64,000 bases of DNA, taken from positions 10,615 to 74,614 of the forward strand of contig DVOH01000022.1 of NCBI GenBank assembly GCA_018713745.1. Direction: 5' to 3'. Position 1 is the stretch's first letter, and every line of letters starts with the position of its first letter. Under the pieces are notes generated by a model. The model was not told where the DNA came from and ran no database searches. It worked only from the letters and a program-made list of their open reading frames with translations. This stretch comes from Candidatus Stercoripulliclostridium merdipullorum (GTDB lineage: Bacteria > Bacillota > Clostridia > Christensenellales > DTU072). A program made the position numbers and the translations under genes. This document shows, piece by piece, positions 20,463-30,183 of this stretch.

Positions 20463-21325
20463 ATTAACCTCGTCCGTACCGTCAGACGCCCCCCTGAAAC
20501 TTCGGCGATCCCGAACACAGCCCCGTCCATCTTTAAAAGGTATAAACCGTCCGAAAACTTGCTTGCAATCGCGACACCGTTGCGGACAAACACTTCTTCT
20601 TTCGGCGAAACCGTCAGCACGGGAAAGTCGGTCAATGCCGCTTCTATCGGTATGATTTGTGCCGCAAGATCTTCGCTCCGCCTGAGATCATCCAAACGGC
20701 AAGCGTTTTCGATGCGAAAACAACCGCTTTGCGTCCGATATATTGCGTCCATAATCCCAAGACTGCCCACGGCATTGCCGAGATCACGGGCGATGCTTCG
20801 GATATAAGTACCGCCTCCGCAGGTCACTTCAAAGCGGAAAGTGCGTGCGTCAAGGCGCTCCAACAAGCGGATTTGCTCGATGCGAACCCGTTTCGGTTTG
20901 AGATCGGGCTCTTCACCCTGCCGCGCCAGCTTATAGGCGCGAACCCCGCCCACGACTTTTGCCGAATAAGCGGGCGGCAACTGGTCGACCTCACCGCAAA
21001 GACCCGGGATTGCGGCAAGAAGCTCTGCTTCGGTCGGTATTTTTTCACAGACTGCGGTCGTTACGCCCGTTGCATCCAGCGTATCCGTCGTCCTGCCGAA
21101 GGAAAAAATCGTCCGATATACTTTGGTTTTGTCCAAAAAATAGTCAAACAGCCTGGTTGCCCTGCCCAGTGCAATCGGCAATACACCTTCGCCCTCGGGA
21201 TCGAGCGTTCCGAGATGACCGACTTTGGTCACGATTCCGCGACTGCGCAAAATCCCTTTGACGACACCGACTACCGCACTCGACGTCATCCCTTTTTCTT
21301 TGTTGATATTAAAAAACCCGTTCAT
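20459..21325 (-). CDS. truB: tRNA pseudouridine(55) synthase
   Basis: GFFNINKEKGMTSSAVV and GHLGTLDPEGEGVLPIALG (catalytic Asp). Confidence 0.95.
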   Translation of the reverse strand: MNGFFNINKEKGMTSSAVVGVVKGILRSRGIVTKVGHLGTLDPEGEGVLPIALGRATRLFDYFLDKTKVYRTIFSFGRTTDTLDATGVTTAVCEKIPTEAELLAAIPGLCGEVDQLPPAYSAKVVGGVRAYKLARQGEEPDLKPKRVRIEQIRLLERLDARTFRFEVTCGGGTYIRSIARDLGNAVGSLGIMDAIYRTQSGCFRIENACRLDDLRRSEDLAAQIIPIEAALTDFPVLTVSPKEEVFVRNGVAIASKFSDGLYLLKMDGAVFGIAEVSGGRLTVRTRLI

Positions 21326-22293
21326 CGGTTAAGAAACTCGATTGCCGCGGCAATCAGCCGATCGTGCACTTCTTCATACGTCCCGTACAACCGACATCCG
21401 CTTGCGGCGACATGTCCCCCGCCGCCGAACAATCCGGCAAACGCCGCGCTGTTGACTCCGTTTTTGGAGCGAATCCCGATCTTGAACGTCCCGGGTGTCG
21501 CTTCGACAACGGACAACGCAAGACATACCGGTATTACGTCGATGACACGATTGATGATGCCTTCGGTGTCTTTTTGCGCCGTTCCGGTTAAACGAAACAG
21601 TTCTTCCGAAAAATAAATCAATCCGATGCGGTCGTCGGCATAAAATTCGGTGCGTTCCAAGACTTTGGCGGACAGCATAAAAACTTTTTTGGCAGTATCT
21701 TTGGTCAGCCGACGAATGATATCGTATCGGTCAATCCCCGTTTCGCAAAGCGACGCCGCAACGCGATAGGTTTCGGGCGTCGCGGAGGAAAACGTCAACG
21801 CCCCCGAGTCCGTAACCAGTCCCGCAAACAAAAGCGTCGCCACCGCGGTATCGATCGCTTCGGGTGCGGTTTCCCGAAAGATTTTGAATAAAATCTGCGT
21901 GGTAGATGCTGCCTTCGGCTCCAGAATCGTATCCTCCGGCAAGGTAAACAGTTCGCCGCTCTGGTGGTGATCGATACAAAAATGCTGATCGCAACGCATA
22001 AAACGTTTATAGCAGCCGCTGCCGAGGCGGGAAGCGGATCCGCAATCGACGGCAATCCCGAGATCGTATTGCTTCCGTTCGGACGCGTTGATTACTTCGA
22101 GATAAGGAAAAAAGGAAAGTCCGTCGCTGTAACAATGACCTTCCTCCATAAACACGTCCACCTGTTTGCCGAGATTTTTCAAAAACCCGTACATTGCAAG
22201 CGCCGATCCGACGCAATCGCCGTCGGGATTGATGTGCATAAAAACCGCGACGGTTTCGATTGCGTGAATTTTTTTGGCAAAGCGCTCGTACAT
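21322..22293 (-). CDS. nrnA: DHH-family phosphoesterase (NrnA-type oligoribonuclease / pAp phosphatase)
   Basis: DHH motif IDHHQSG and DHHA1 GGGGHVAASG; lies between rbfA and truB as in many Firmicutes. Confidence 0.85.
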   Translation of the reverse strand: MYERFAKKIHAIETVAVFMHINPDGDCVGSALAMYGFLKNLGKQVDVFMEEGHCYSDGLSFFPYLEVINASERKQYDLGIAVDCGSASRLGSGCYKRFMRCDQHFCIDHHQSGELFTLPEDTILEPKAASTTQILFKIFRETAPEAIDTAVATLLFAGLVTDSGALTFSSATPETYRVAASLCETGIDRYDIIRRLTKDTAKKVFMLSAKVLERTEFYADDRIGLIYFSEELFRLTGTAQKDTEGIINRVIDVIPVCLALSVVEATPGTFKIGIRSKNGVNSAAFAGLFGGGGHVAASGCRLYGTYEEVHDRLIAAAIEFLNR

Positions 22294-22295
22294 GC

Positions 22296-22646
22296 TTAGT
22301 TTTCCTCGTTGTTGCGAATGTTTTTGATGATGTTTTCGATTTTGAATGCGTAATCGGTGCTGCCGTCCTTGACAAAAATCAATTCGGGTACGGTGCGAAT
22401 CCGAAGGTTCTTGAACAGTTCGCTTCGGATAAATCCCGCCGAGGACTGAAGTCCCTGCACCGCTTCGTCCGCGTTTCCGCCACCGGGCAGTTCGACATAA
22501 ACTTTACAGTACTTAAGATCGCGCGTCGTTTCGACATGCATAATGCTGATCATCTTATCCCGTACTCTGGGATCGTTGACTTTTGTCGAAACGATATTGG
22601 AGATTTCTCTGCGCAATTCGGAGTCAACGCGTTCGATTTTCATCAT
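22296..22646 (-). CDS. rbfA: 30S ribosome-binding factor RbfA
   Basis: [14 protein letters not shown]...; immediately downstream of infB. Confidence 0.93.
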   Translation of the reverse strand: MMKIERVDSELRREISNIVSTKVNDPRVRDKMISIMHVETTRDLKYCKVYVELPGGGNADEAVQGLQSSAGFIRSELFKNLRIRTVPELIFVKDGSTDYAFKIENIIKNIRNNEEN

Positions 22647-25279
22647 TCATTCTCCTGCACAACGTTGAAGGACTCGATGATATCGCCTTCCTTCAAATCG
22701 TTGAAGTTCTCGAGCCCGATCCCGCACTCAAATCCCTGTACGACTTCTTTGACGTCGTCTTTCATCCGTTTTAAGGAAGAGATCGCGGTATCCGCCACGA
22801 CGATATTGTTGCGGATCAAACGAACCTTTGCATTGCGGACGATTTTGCCGTCTTTGACCATCGCGCCGGCAATGTTTCCGACCCCGCTGATCTTATAGAC
22901 GACGCGGACTTCGGCTTTGCCGAGGTATTGCTCGCGATATTTCGGTGCGGACAGACCTTTGATTGCTTTGTTGACGTCGTCGATTGCATCGTAAATGACG
23001 CGATACAGACGAATATCGATTTTGTTGCGTTCGGCAAGCGCTTTCGCGTTGGCGTCGGGACGGACATTGAACCCGATAATAATGGCATTGGTCGTATCGG
23101 CAAGCGTGACGTCGGACTCGTTGATCGCACCCGCAACCGCATGAACGATGGAAACCTTAACCTCTTCGGTACTCAGTTTGATCAAGGACTCTTTGATGGC
23201 TTCGACCGATCCCTGAACGTCGGCTTTGACGATCAGGTTGAGGTTTTTGAGGCTGCCTTCCGAAATATCCTTGAACAGATCGTCAAGCGATACCTTTGCG
23301 CTGCTGATCATGCCCGTACGCTCTTTGGCGCGACGTTCTTCCGCAACTTGTTTCATCAGTTTTTCGTCCGAAACAACCATCATCTGATCGCCGGCGTTGG
23401 GGACTTCCTGCAAGCCGAGGACGGAAACCGCCATAGAAGGTCCGGCTTTTGCCACTGCCCTGCCTTTGTCGTCGATCATGGCGCGCACCTTGCCGATTAC
23501 GGTACCGGCAACAACCCAGTCGCCGACTTTGAGCGTGCCGTTCTGCACCAGAATCGTTGCGACGGGACCTTTGCCTTTGTCAAGACGCGCTTCGACGATG
23601 GTTCCCTTGGCTTTGCGGGTAGGATTGGCTTTCAGTTCCATCATTTCGGCAGAAAGCAGAATGTTTTCGAGCAATTCTTCAATCCCCTGCCCGGTCTTTG
23701 CCGAAACTCTGACGACGGGGATGGTTCCGCCCCATTCTTCTGCAAGCAGTTCGTGCTCGGTCAGCTGGGTCAGAATCCGATCGGGATCGGCGCCGACGCG
23801 GTCAATCTTGTTGATCGCAACGATAATGCCGACACCCGCGGCTTTGGAGTGATTGATCGCTTCGATCGTCTGCGGCATAATACCGTCGTCTGCGGCGACA
23901 ACGATTACGACGATGTCGGTAACGTTGGCACCACGGGCGCGCATTGCCGTAAACGCTTCGTGTCCCGGTGTATCGAGGAAGGTGATCGGCGAACCGTTGA
24001 CCTGAATGGAATATGCGCCGATGTGCTGTGTGATTCCTCCGGCTTCGCCCGCGGCAACGTTAGCCTTGCGGATATAGTCGAGAATCGACGTTTTGCCGTG
24101 GTCGACGTGTCCCATAATCGTAACGATCGGAGGACGCGTGACGAGATCGAGAGGATTGTCGCCTCCGTCGTCTTCGTGAAGGGCAAGAAGCTTTTCTTCC
24201 GAAGTTTCGGTATGTTGCTTTTCGAGCGTAATTCCGAATTCGGAGGCAATCAGATCGGCGGTATCGAAATCGATATTGTCGTTGATACTCTTCATAATAC
24301 CGAGAATAAAGAGTTTTTTCATGATTTCGGTGCCGGTTTTGCCGATTTTTTCGCTAAGCGCTTTGATCGTGATCGTTTCGGGAATCACGGCGTGATCGAT
24401 TACGGCATTGACGGGCTGAATGAATCCGTCTTTCTTTTTGTCGCTGACTTTGCGGGTGCGGACTTTTTTGATTTCGCCGCTGATCTCGTCATACTCGATC
24501 ACGGCAGATACACTTTCGTACCCCTTCTTAACCAACGACTTCTTGTTAAGGTTATGGGACTTGTCGCCTTCGCGCTGTTTGTCAACCCGCTTTTTGCCCG
24601 AATCTTTTCCGCCGACCGTAGGCATTGCGCTCGGAATGAAAATCCGCGTCGTTCCCGCACTGCCCGCGTTGCTTTGCGGACGCGGTCCGCTCGGACGGGA
24701 TGCGCCGCCCGCTCCCGATTGCGACTGCCCTGCAGGACGGCGTTGCGGACGTTGCTCCTCAACGGGCGGAATATACTTGCGAATTACGGGCTTTTCGATC
24801 GTGGTTTTTTTGGGCTTTTCGAAGTACGTGTTGATCAAATTCTCTTTGAGTGCCGCACGCGCCTTTTCTTGCGCGTCCGATTTGACGGCTTCCTTTTCTT
24901 CTTTCTGGGCGGCAGGAGCTTCGACAGTATCTGCTTTGGCGTCTTGCTCTGGGATTTCGACGACGGGCTCGATTGCCTCAATCTTTTCTTTCACCGATTC
25001 GACGACCGGTTCGGGAGTCGATTCGATAATCGGCGTCGATGCCGCTTTGCGGATCTCTTCTTCTTTTTCGCGTTCGATCCGCTCGATTTCCCGCTGACGC
25101 TCTTCCTGCTCCCGCATGGTGCGCAAAAGCGCCTCGCGCTTTGCCTGCAATGCCGTGAGTGCGTCTTCTATTTTCTTTTTATATCCGCCGATTTCCGCGA
25201 GCAATCTGCTTTGCTCGCGGCCTTCGTTCCCAATCATTTTGATATGTTCGAGTTCTCTGTTTTTTGTCGGTTCGGCCAT
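22643..25279 (-). CDS. infB: translation initiation factor IF-2
   Basis: Low-complexity E/K/P-rich N-terminus; G domain [24 protein letters not shown]. Confidence 0.97.
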   Translation of the reverse strand: MAEPTKNRELEHIKMIGNEGREQSRLLAEIGGYKKKIEDALTALQAKREALLRTMREQEERQREIERIEREKEEEIRKAASTPIIESTPEPVVESVKEKIEAIEPVVEIPEQDAKADTVEAPAAQKEEKEAVKSDAQEKARAALKENLINTYFEKPKKTTIEKPVIRKYIPPVEEQRPQRRPAGQSQSGAGGASRPSGPRPQSNAGSAGTTRIFIPSAMPTVGGKDSGKKRVDKQREGDKSHNLNKKSLVKKGYESVSAVIEYDEISGEIKKVRTRKVSDKKKDGFIQPVNAVIDHAVIPETITIKALSEKIGKTGTEIMKKLFILGIMKSINDNIDFDTADLIASEFGITLEKQHTETSEEKLLALHEDDGGDNPLDLVTRPPIVTIMGHVDHGKTSILDYIRKANVAAGEAGGITQHIGAYSIQVNGSPITFLDTPGHEAFTAMRARGANVTDIVVIVVAADDGIMPQTIEAINHSKAAGVGIIVAINKIDRVGADPDRILTQLTEHELLAEEWGGTIPVVRVSAKTGQGIEELLENILLSAEMMELKANPTRKAKGTIVEARLDKGKGPVATILVQNGTLKVGDWVVAGTVIGKVRAMIDDKGRAVAKAGPSMAVSVLGLQEVPNAGDQMMVVSDEKLMKQVAEERRAKERTGMISSAKVSLDDLFKDISEGSLKNLNLIVKADVQGSVEAIKESLIKLSTEEVKVSIVHAVAGAINESDVTLADTTNAIIIGFNVRPDANAKALAERNKIDIRLYRVIYDAIDDVNKAIKGLSAPKYREQYLGKAEVRVVYKISGVGNIAGAMVKDGKIVRNAKVRLIRNNIVVADTAISSLKRMKDDVKEVVQGFECGIGLENFNDLKEGDIIESFNVVQENE

Positions 25280-25281
25280 AT

Positions 25282-25605
25282 TTATACTCCTCCGCTGATT
25301 GATTGGTTTTCCTTCAGTATCGAAGCGATCGCTTCGGCAAGATGCTCTTCTTTGACGGCAACCGCTTTGACGTTTTCCCCGAACAGTTCGGCAAGGTCGT
25401 CCGCCGTCAGAATCGTGCTTCCTGTTTCACTTGCGTGTTTTGCGATCTTTTTCTGCGAATTTGCGCTGAGCGTCGGATCCGTCAGAATCAGATACCTGCG
25501 TCGGATCTTTACGATCTGATCGACGCCATATACGATTTTACCGGCTTTTTTGGCAAAGCCGATGTAAGTTTTAAGTTTGTTGCGACGCTCTTTGGATTGA
25601 TTCAT
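25282..25605 (-). CDS. L7Ae-family RNA-binding protein (YlxQ-like)
   Basis: [12 protein letters not shown] motif; lies between ylxR and infB. The start overlaps the ylxR end by 35 nt, so the exact start is uncertain. Confidence 0.8.
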   Translation of the reverse strand: MNQSKERRNKLKTYIGFAKKAGKIVYGVDQIVKIRRRYLILTDPTLSANSQKKIAKHASETGSTILTADDLAELFGENVKAVAVKEEHLAEAIASILKENQSISGGV

Positions 25606-25840
25606 ATACCTCCTCCGATACCACCGTGTGCAATACTTTGTTCAGGACGCGCTTTCTGCAACATGTTTCGATGCAGCTTTCCCGACGACAGACGTACAGC
25701 CCGCGGCCGGGAGCTTTTCCCGTCGCGTCCGGGAAAATCGAACCGTCCTTTTGCGTGACAATGCGGATCAGCTCTTGTTTGGGATGCATTTCGCGACACA
25801 CGCAACACATCCTGAGCGGCATCTTTCCGGTGGACTTCAA
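25571..25840 (-). CDS. YlxR/RnpM family (DUF448) RNA-binding protein
   Basis: PLRMCCVCREMHPKQELIRIV and GRGLYVC; immediately downstream of nusA. Confidence 0.88.
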   Translation of the reverse strand: MKSTGKMPLRMCCVCREMHPKQELIRIVTQKDGSIFPDATGKAPGRGLYVCRRESCIETCCRKRVLNKVLHTVVSEEVYESIQRASQQT

Positions 25841-25842
25841 AC

Positions 25843-26916
25843 TTATTCCTCCGTGCTTTCTCCGTCATCCTCCGCCATAACCGCGCTGTAAGGTTTGACG
25901 TCGATCTTATAGCCGGTCAGACGGGCGGCAAGGCGGGCGTTTTGACCGCTTTTCCCGATTGCAAGCGAAAGTTTTTCGTCCGGAACAACGACCTTGGCGT
26001 GCTTTTCGGTTTCGTTGAGTTGTACCATCAGGACGCGCGCGGGACTGAGCGCACGGGCAATATATTCGCCGGGATCGCTGCTGTAAGGAATTACGTCGAC
26101 CTTTTCGCCGTTGAGTTCTGCCACGATCGCGTTGACGCGCACACCCTTGGCTCCGATACACGATCCGATGGCGTCAAGATTGGGATCTTCGCTGTAAACC
26201 GCCATCTTGGTACGGTAACCCGCTTCGCGGACAATGTTTTTGACTTTGACCAGATTGCTACGCAATTCGGGAACTTCGATTTCGAACAGCTTCTTTACAA
26301 ACCCCGCACAGCTTCTGCTGACAACGACCTGGCTACCCTTGCTGGTATCGCGTACCCGCTTGACGTAAACTTTGATCTTATCGTTTACGTTCAGCTTTTC
26401 GCCGAAAATCTGATCGGATTGCGCCATAACGCCTTCCATCTGCGTGCCAACGATTTCGACATAAACGACACCGCCGTCGATGCGTCTGACAATCGCTTGC
26501 ATCAGTTCGCCTTCTTTTTCGTTCATCTCGGACTTCGCCTGTTCGCGCTTGGCTTCGTTGATGCGCTGCATAATCACTTGCTTTGCCGTTTGCGCCGCAA
26601 TGCGCGAAAGATCGTTGACGACGACGTCTTCGCCGATATACTCACCGATCTCGGCATCCTCTTTGATTTCGCGCGCTTCTTCCAGCGAGAGTTCGTAATC
26701 CGCCGACGGCTCGCCCTCCACAACGACATAATATGCATAAAACTTGATCGTCGCGTTTTCGGGATTCAGCTTGACCGCTACGGCGCGGTTTTCACCCGTT
26801 TCTTTTTTGAAAGCGGCGGCAAGACCTGCTTCCAAGGATTCGAGCAGCATCGCTTTGTCGAGTTTGTACTCTCTTTCGACCATATCGAGTGCGGCAAAGA
26901 ACTCTTTGTTTTGCAT
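25843..26916 (-). CDS. nusA: transcription termination/antitermination factor NusA
   Basis: N-terminal domain, S1 and two KH domains (GSCIGAKGVRVNAIVAELNGEKVDVI, AIGKSGQNARLAARLTGYKIDV). Confidence 0.96.
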   Translation of the reverse strand: MQNKEFFAALDMVEREYKLDKAMLLESLEAGLAAAFKKETGENRAVAVKLNPENATIKFYAYYVVVEGEPSADYELSLEEAREIKEDAEIGEYIGEDVVVNDLSRIAAQTAKQVIMQRINEAKREQAKSEMNEKEGELMQAIVRRIDGGVVYVEIVGTQMEGVMAQSDQIFGEKLNVNDKIKVYVKRVRDTSKGSQVVVSRSCAGFVKKLFEIEVPELRSNLVKVKNIVREAGYRTKMAVYSEDPNLDAIGSCIGAKGVRVNAIVAELNGEKVDVIPYSSDPGEYIARALSPARVLMVQLNETEKHAKVVVPDEKLSLAIGKSGQNARLAARLTGYKIDVKPYSAVMAEDDGESTEE

Positions 26917-26940
26917 TTTGGTGTTTCCTCCGAAATAAAG

Positions 26941-27405
26941 TTAAAATTTGATATGCGGTAACATTTTTTTGATATTGCTGCGGGCAACCGTAGTCGGCTT
27001 CCCTTTGACGACAATGCGGACGCTCTCGGCATCGTAACCCTTCAATACCCCCGTCAGGGTCTGCTTCTTCTGCACGGGCTGCAACAAAAACGCGTCCACT
27101 TCGGTATCGAGATTGCGCTCGATGTCGCGATCGGTCACGATGGGTCGGTCTAGTCCCGGCGAAGAAACGTTGAGCGTATAAGCCCTGCCTTCCGTAATAT
27201 CCAGCCGTTCGAGCGGTTCGTCCAACGCGTCGTTGACGCGTTCGCAGTCGGCAAGCGTTATGCCGCCTTTTTTGTGAATGAAAAAGGTCAGGTGATCGTC
27301 CGATCCGACCTTGGCGAACGTGATTTCGACGACCTCGTAACCGAGTTCTTCAACGATGGGGCGCAAAAGCGACTCTGCTTTTTCAAGAACGGTCTGATAA
27401 TACAT
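26941..27405 (-). CDS. rimP: ribosome maturation factor RimP
   Basis: 154 aa; conserved position immediately upstream of nusA; GGAG SD before the ATG. Confidence 0.9.
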   Translation of the reverse strand: MYYQTVLEKAESLLRPIVEELGYEVVEITFAKVGSDDHLTFFIHKKGGITLADCERVNDALDEPLERLDITEGRAYTLNVSSPGLDRPIVTDRDIERNLDTEVDAFLLQPVQKKQTLTGVLKGYDAESVRIVVKGKPTTVARSNIKKMLPHIKF

Positions 27406-27423
27406 GACGTCTCCTAACAGTAA

Positions 27424-27451
27424 TTGAGAGCGACCGTCAAGTCGCTCTCAA
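27424..27451 (-). promoter_or_regulatory. 11-bp hairpin in the rimP leader (candidate attenuator)
   Basis: uugagagcgac-uugacg-gucgcucucaa on the mRNA strand, followed by a poor U tract (aauuacuguu) and then the SD. Confidence 0.4.
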
Positions 27452-27476
27452 ACATGAATCATATTCAAGCATACCT

Positions 27477-27505
27477 ATCATACCATACCGATTGTCGTTT
27501 GGCAA
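27477..27505 (-). promoter_or_regulatory. sigma-A-type promoter of the rimP-nusA-infB operon
   Basis: TTGCCA (27500-27505), 17 nt, TGgTATGAT (-10 at 27477-27482). Confidence 0.65.
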
Positions 27506-27528
27506 GCATTTATTCAAAAAACTTCGGA

Positions 27529-28458
27529 CTATTGTTCATCGCTCCCGAAACTCGCTCGGAGTTTTTGCAAAACGCGCTCAAAATGCGGCGGCAACGGCGC
27601 CTCAAACGTCATCCGTTCGCCCGAAACCGGATGCGTAAACGAAAGTCTTTGCGCATGCAACAACTGCCCGTTCAGCCCGAATGCGTTGCTCCCGCCGTAC
27701 AACGGATCCCCGACGACGGGATGACGGAGATATGCCGCATGGACGCGGATCTGATGCGTTCTGCCCGTTGCCAGTTCAAAAGCCGTCAGCGTATAACGAC
27801 CGAACCGTTCTTTTACCTCAAAATAAGTTTTGGCATAACGCCCGCCTTGTACGACCGCCATTTTTTTTCGATCGGTTTTGTGCCGTCCGATGGGCTGTTC
27901 GACAACGCCGCGATCTTCTTTCAGGTTGCCGTCCAGCAAGGCAAGATAATAACGTTTGCAACTTTTTTCGGCAATCTGCAATGCAAGAGAGCGGTGCGCA
28001 ACGTCGTTTTTGGCAATTACGATCAGCCCCGAGGTATCTTTATCCAGTCGATGTACGATTCCGGGACGAACGGTCCCGTTGATGGTAGAGAGATCGCGGA
28101 TATGAAATACCGCGGCATTGACAAGCGTACCGTCGGGCGAACCGACGGCGGGATGCGTCACCATTCCCTGCGGTTTATCGATTACGGCAAGATCGGCATC
28201 CTGATAGACGATGGAAAGCGGAATATCCTGCGGTTCTGCCGACAGTACGGTTTCGGGCGGAACTTCGACTTCCACCCTGTCCCCTTCTTTCAGCAAATAT
28301 CCCGATTTGGAAGCCGGGCGCGTGTTGACAAAAACGTTGCCTCCGTCAACGAGCGATTTGACCCGACTGCGGGAAAGATCGGTTTCTTCGGCAAGAAAAA
28401 CATCGATACGCCGCCCCTCGGCTTGCGCGTCGCAGATGTAACAATAGCGTTCGCTCAT
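27529..28458 (-). CDS. rluD: RluA-family 23S rRNA pseudouridine synthase (RluD-type)
   Basis: S4-like N-terminus, HRLDKDTSGLIVIAK, HQIRVH. ATG 28458 overlaps the lspA stop (ATGA); the track ORF extends to 28572. Confidence 0.9.
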   Translation of the reverse strand: MSERYCYICDAQAEGRRIDVFLAEETDLSRSRVKSLVDGGNVFVNTRPASKSGYLLKEGDRVEVEVPPETVLSAEPQDIPLSIVYQDADLAVIDKPQGMVTHPAVGSPDGTLVNAAVFHIRDLSTINGTVRPGIVHRLDKDTSGLIVIAKNDVAHRSLALQIAEKSCKRYYLALLDGNLKEDRGVVEQPIGRHKTDRKKMAVVQGGRYAKTYFEVKERFGRYTLTAFELATGRTHQIRVHAAYLRHPVVGDPLYGGSNAFGLNGQLLHAQRLSFTHPVSGERMTFEAPLPPHFERVLQKLRASFGSDEQ

Positions 28459-29006
28459 ACGGAACGGTCGCCTCCGCCCGACTGCCCGTCGGAATCCGAC
28501 TTTTTGGGAGAAGCGGGTCGATAACAAAACAGAACGAAAATAATCAGAAGAATACATCCGATCGTCAGACAACTGTCTGCAACGTTGAATACCGCAAAAT
28601 CGATCAGTTCAAAGTAAATAAAATCGCGCACATAGTGCAGCGCAAACCGATCGACCAGATTGCCGATCCCGCCCGCAATAATCAAAATCAGCGCGGCATC
28701 GAGCAATTTGCGGCGATACGGCACCGCAAAAAACAAAAAGGCCGTCACCGCGACGACGGTGATCAGCGACACGATCGAAAGCGCAAGCGTCGCGTCTTTG
28801 AAAATACCGAAGGAAGCCCCCGTATTTTCCACCGCGGTGAAGCGCAGAACGCCGGGGATCAGAATAATATCGTTTGCGCCGTCGGCAATAGGCTGATAAA
28901 TCAACTCTTTGGTCAAAAGATCGACACCGACCAACAATCCGACAATCAGAAGCTGAACGGCAAAGATCAGAAAAATCTTTTGAATTGAAAGCTTTTGTTT
29001 TTCCAT
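28455..29006 (-). CDS. lspA: lipoprotein signal peptidase II
   Basis: NTGASFG, GGIGNLVDR, FNVADS; four TM segments. Confidence 0.93.
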   Translation of the reverse strand: MEKQKLSIQKIFLIFAVQLLIVGLLVGVDLLTKELIYQPIADGANDIILIPGVLRFTAVENTGASFGIFKDATLALSIVSLITVVAVTAFLFFAVPYRRKLLDAALILIIAGGIGNLVDRFALHYVRDFIYFELIDFAVFNVADSCLTIGCILLIIFVLFCYRPASPKKSDSDGQSGGGDRSV

Positions 29007-29013
29007 ATTATCG

Positions 29014-29042
29014 ATTATAGCAGATAGATCGGATTACGGCAA
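29014..29042 (-). promoter_or_regulatory. sigma-A-type promoter directly abutting lspA
   Basis: TTGCCG (29037-29042), 17 nt, TGcTATAAT (-10 at 29014-29019), 7 nt, ATG; no SD. Confidence 0.5.
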
Positions 29043-29048
29043 CCGAAT

Positions 29049-29426
29049 TTATGCCCGGGACTCGTCGATCCGATTGACGATCCTCACACCTTTCGGCGTG
29101 ATGAGATAAAGCATTCGATCTATCCGTTCGACCTTACCTTGCAACGCATAAGCCGCTCCCGACATAAAATCGAGCATCCTTTGAGCGGTCTGCACGTCCA
29201 CCGCACCGAGATGAAACAACACGCCGTTTTTGGAACGAAGCTGATCGATCAGCCCTTCGACGTCTTCAAACGTCTTGGGGTGAATGACGGTAACTTGTTG
29301 TTCGGCATCCGCGGTTTTCAGCTTTTTTTCGGTCATAAAGCGATCGTAAGGCGTTTCGGAACCGCTTTTTGACTTGGTCGATTGTGACGGAATTTCTCCT
29401 GTTTTTAAGGTTTTCAGAAACGACAT
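29049..29426 (-). CDS. sepF: cell division protein SepF
   Basis: C-terminal SepF core VTVIHPKTFEDVEGLIDQLRSKNGVLFHL...AQRMLDFMSGAAYALQGKVERI; follows yggS. ATG at 29426, with no SD visible. Confidence 0.85.
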   Translation of the reverse strand: MSFLKTLKTGEIPSQSTKSKSGSETPYDRFMTEKKLKTADAEQQVTVIHPKTFEDVEGLIDQLRSKNGVLFHLGAVDVQTAQRMLDFMSGAAYALQGKVERIDRMLYLITPKGVRIVNRIDESRA

Positions 29427-29446
29427 ATTATAAATTAAGCGATATT

Positions 29447-30133
29447 TTATAATACTTGAGCGGGGTCGAACAGCAATCTTCCCGGTCGGACCATATTGGA
29501 ACCGCACTCCAGCGCCAACTCGAGATCGTGACTCATGCCCATCGAAAGAATCTTGCAACGCGCGTCTCGTGCGGCAATTTCTTCGTAAGCGCGGCGCACC
29601 TTCTCAAACAGTTTTTTCAGTTCCGCCCGTTCGATTCCGAAGGGAGCCACCGCCATCAGTCCTGCGGTTTGCAATGCGGGAAGCGTTTGGAGTTGTTGCC
29701 AGAACTCCCCTGCCGCTTCGGCGACGATTCCGCCTTTTGCCTCCTCTTCGCCGCTGTTGATTTCGATCAGTACGTTTTGGCGGACGCCGCGCATTGCGGC
29801 GATCCGATTGATTTCTTCCGCCAGTGACATACGATCGACGCTTTGGATCAGACGGACTTTGCCCACCAGATACTTAACTTTGTTGGTTTGCAGTCTGCCG
29901 ATCATATCCCAAGTCAATGCGGGATCGTATTTCGATTGCCATTCCTGCACGCGATTTTCGCCGAATGCGGCAATTCTGCCGTCTTCGGCGAGCATCCTTA
30001 AACATTCGATCGATCGGAATTTGCTTGCCGCTACAATTTGTATTGCCGCGGGATTTTGACCGGTACGCTTGCATACCGCCTCGATTTGCTCCGTAATACG
30101 ATTGAGATTATCTTTGATATGTGTCGCTTCCAT
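29447..30133 (-). CDS. yggS: YggS-family PLP homeostasis protein
   Basis: VAASKF (PLP Lys) and a typical YggS/YlmE layout, 228 aa, upstream of sepF. Confidence 0.9.
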   Translation of the reverse strand: MEATHIKDNLNRITEQIEAVCKRTGQNPAAIQIVAASKFRSIECLRMLAEDGRIAAFGENRVQEWQSKYDPALTWDMIGRLQTNKVKYLVGKVRLIQSVDRMSLAEEINRIAAMRGVRQNVLIEINSGEEEAKGGIVAEAAGEFWQQLQTLPALQTAGLMAVAPFGIERAELKKLFEKVRRAYEEIAARDARCKILSMGMSHDLELALECGSNMVRPGRLLFDPAQVL

Positions 30134-30139
30134 ACATTC

Positions 30140-30167
30140 ATTTTACCACATTTCCGATCGGAAGCAA
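30140..30167 (-). promoter_or_regulatory. sigma-A-type promoter directly abutting yggS
   Basis: TTGCTT (30162-30167), 16 nt, TGgTAAAAT (-10 at 30140-30145), 6 nt, ATG; no SD. Confidence 0.5.
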
Positions 30168-30183
30168 CTTATTTTTTGATAAC

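Noticed and set aside
22928-25519. An 863-aa plus-strand ORF antisense to infB and the ylxQ-like gene, the longest of many antisense ORFs in the track.
   Set aside because: It is a shadow ORF. Its codons are the exact complement frame of a gene with unmistakable IF-2 motifs. Its composition (very rich in F, D, R, G) is what the complement of E/K/I/V-rich codons produces. It has no SD or promoter. The sense genes avoid TTA/CTA/TCA, which removes stops from the opposite frame.
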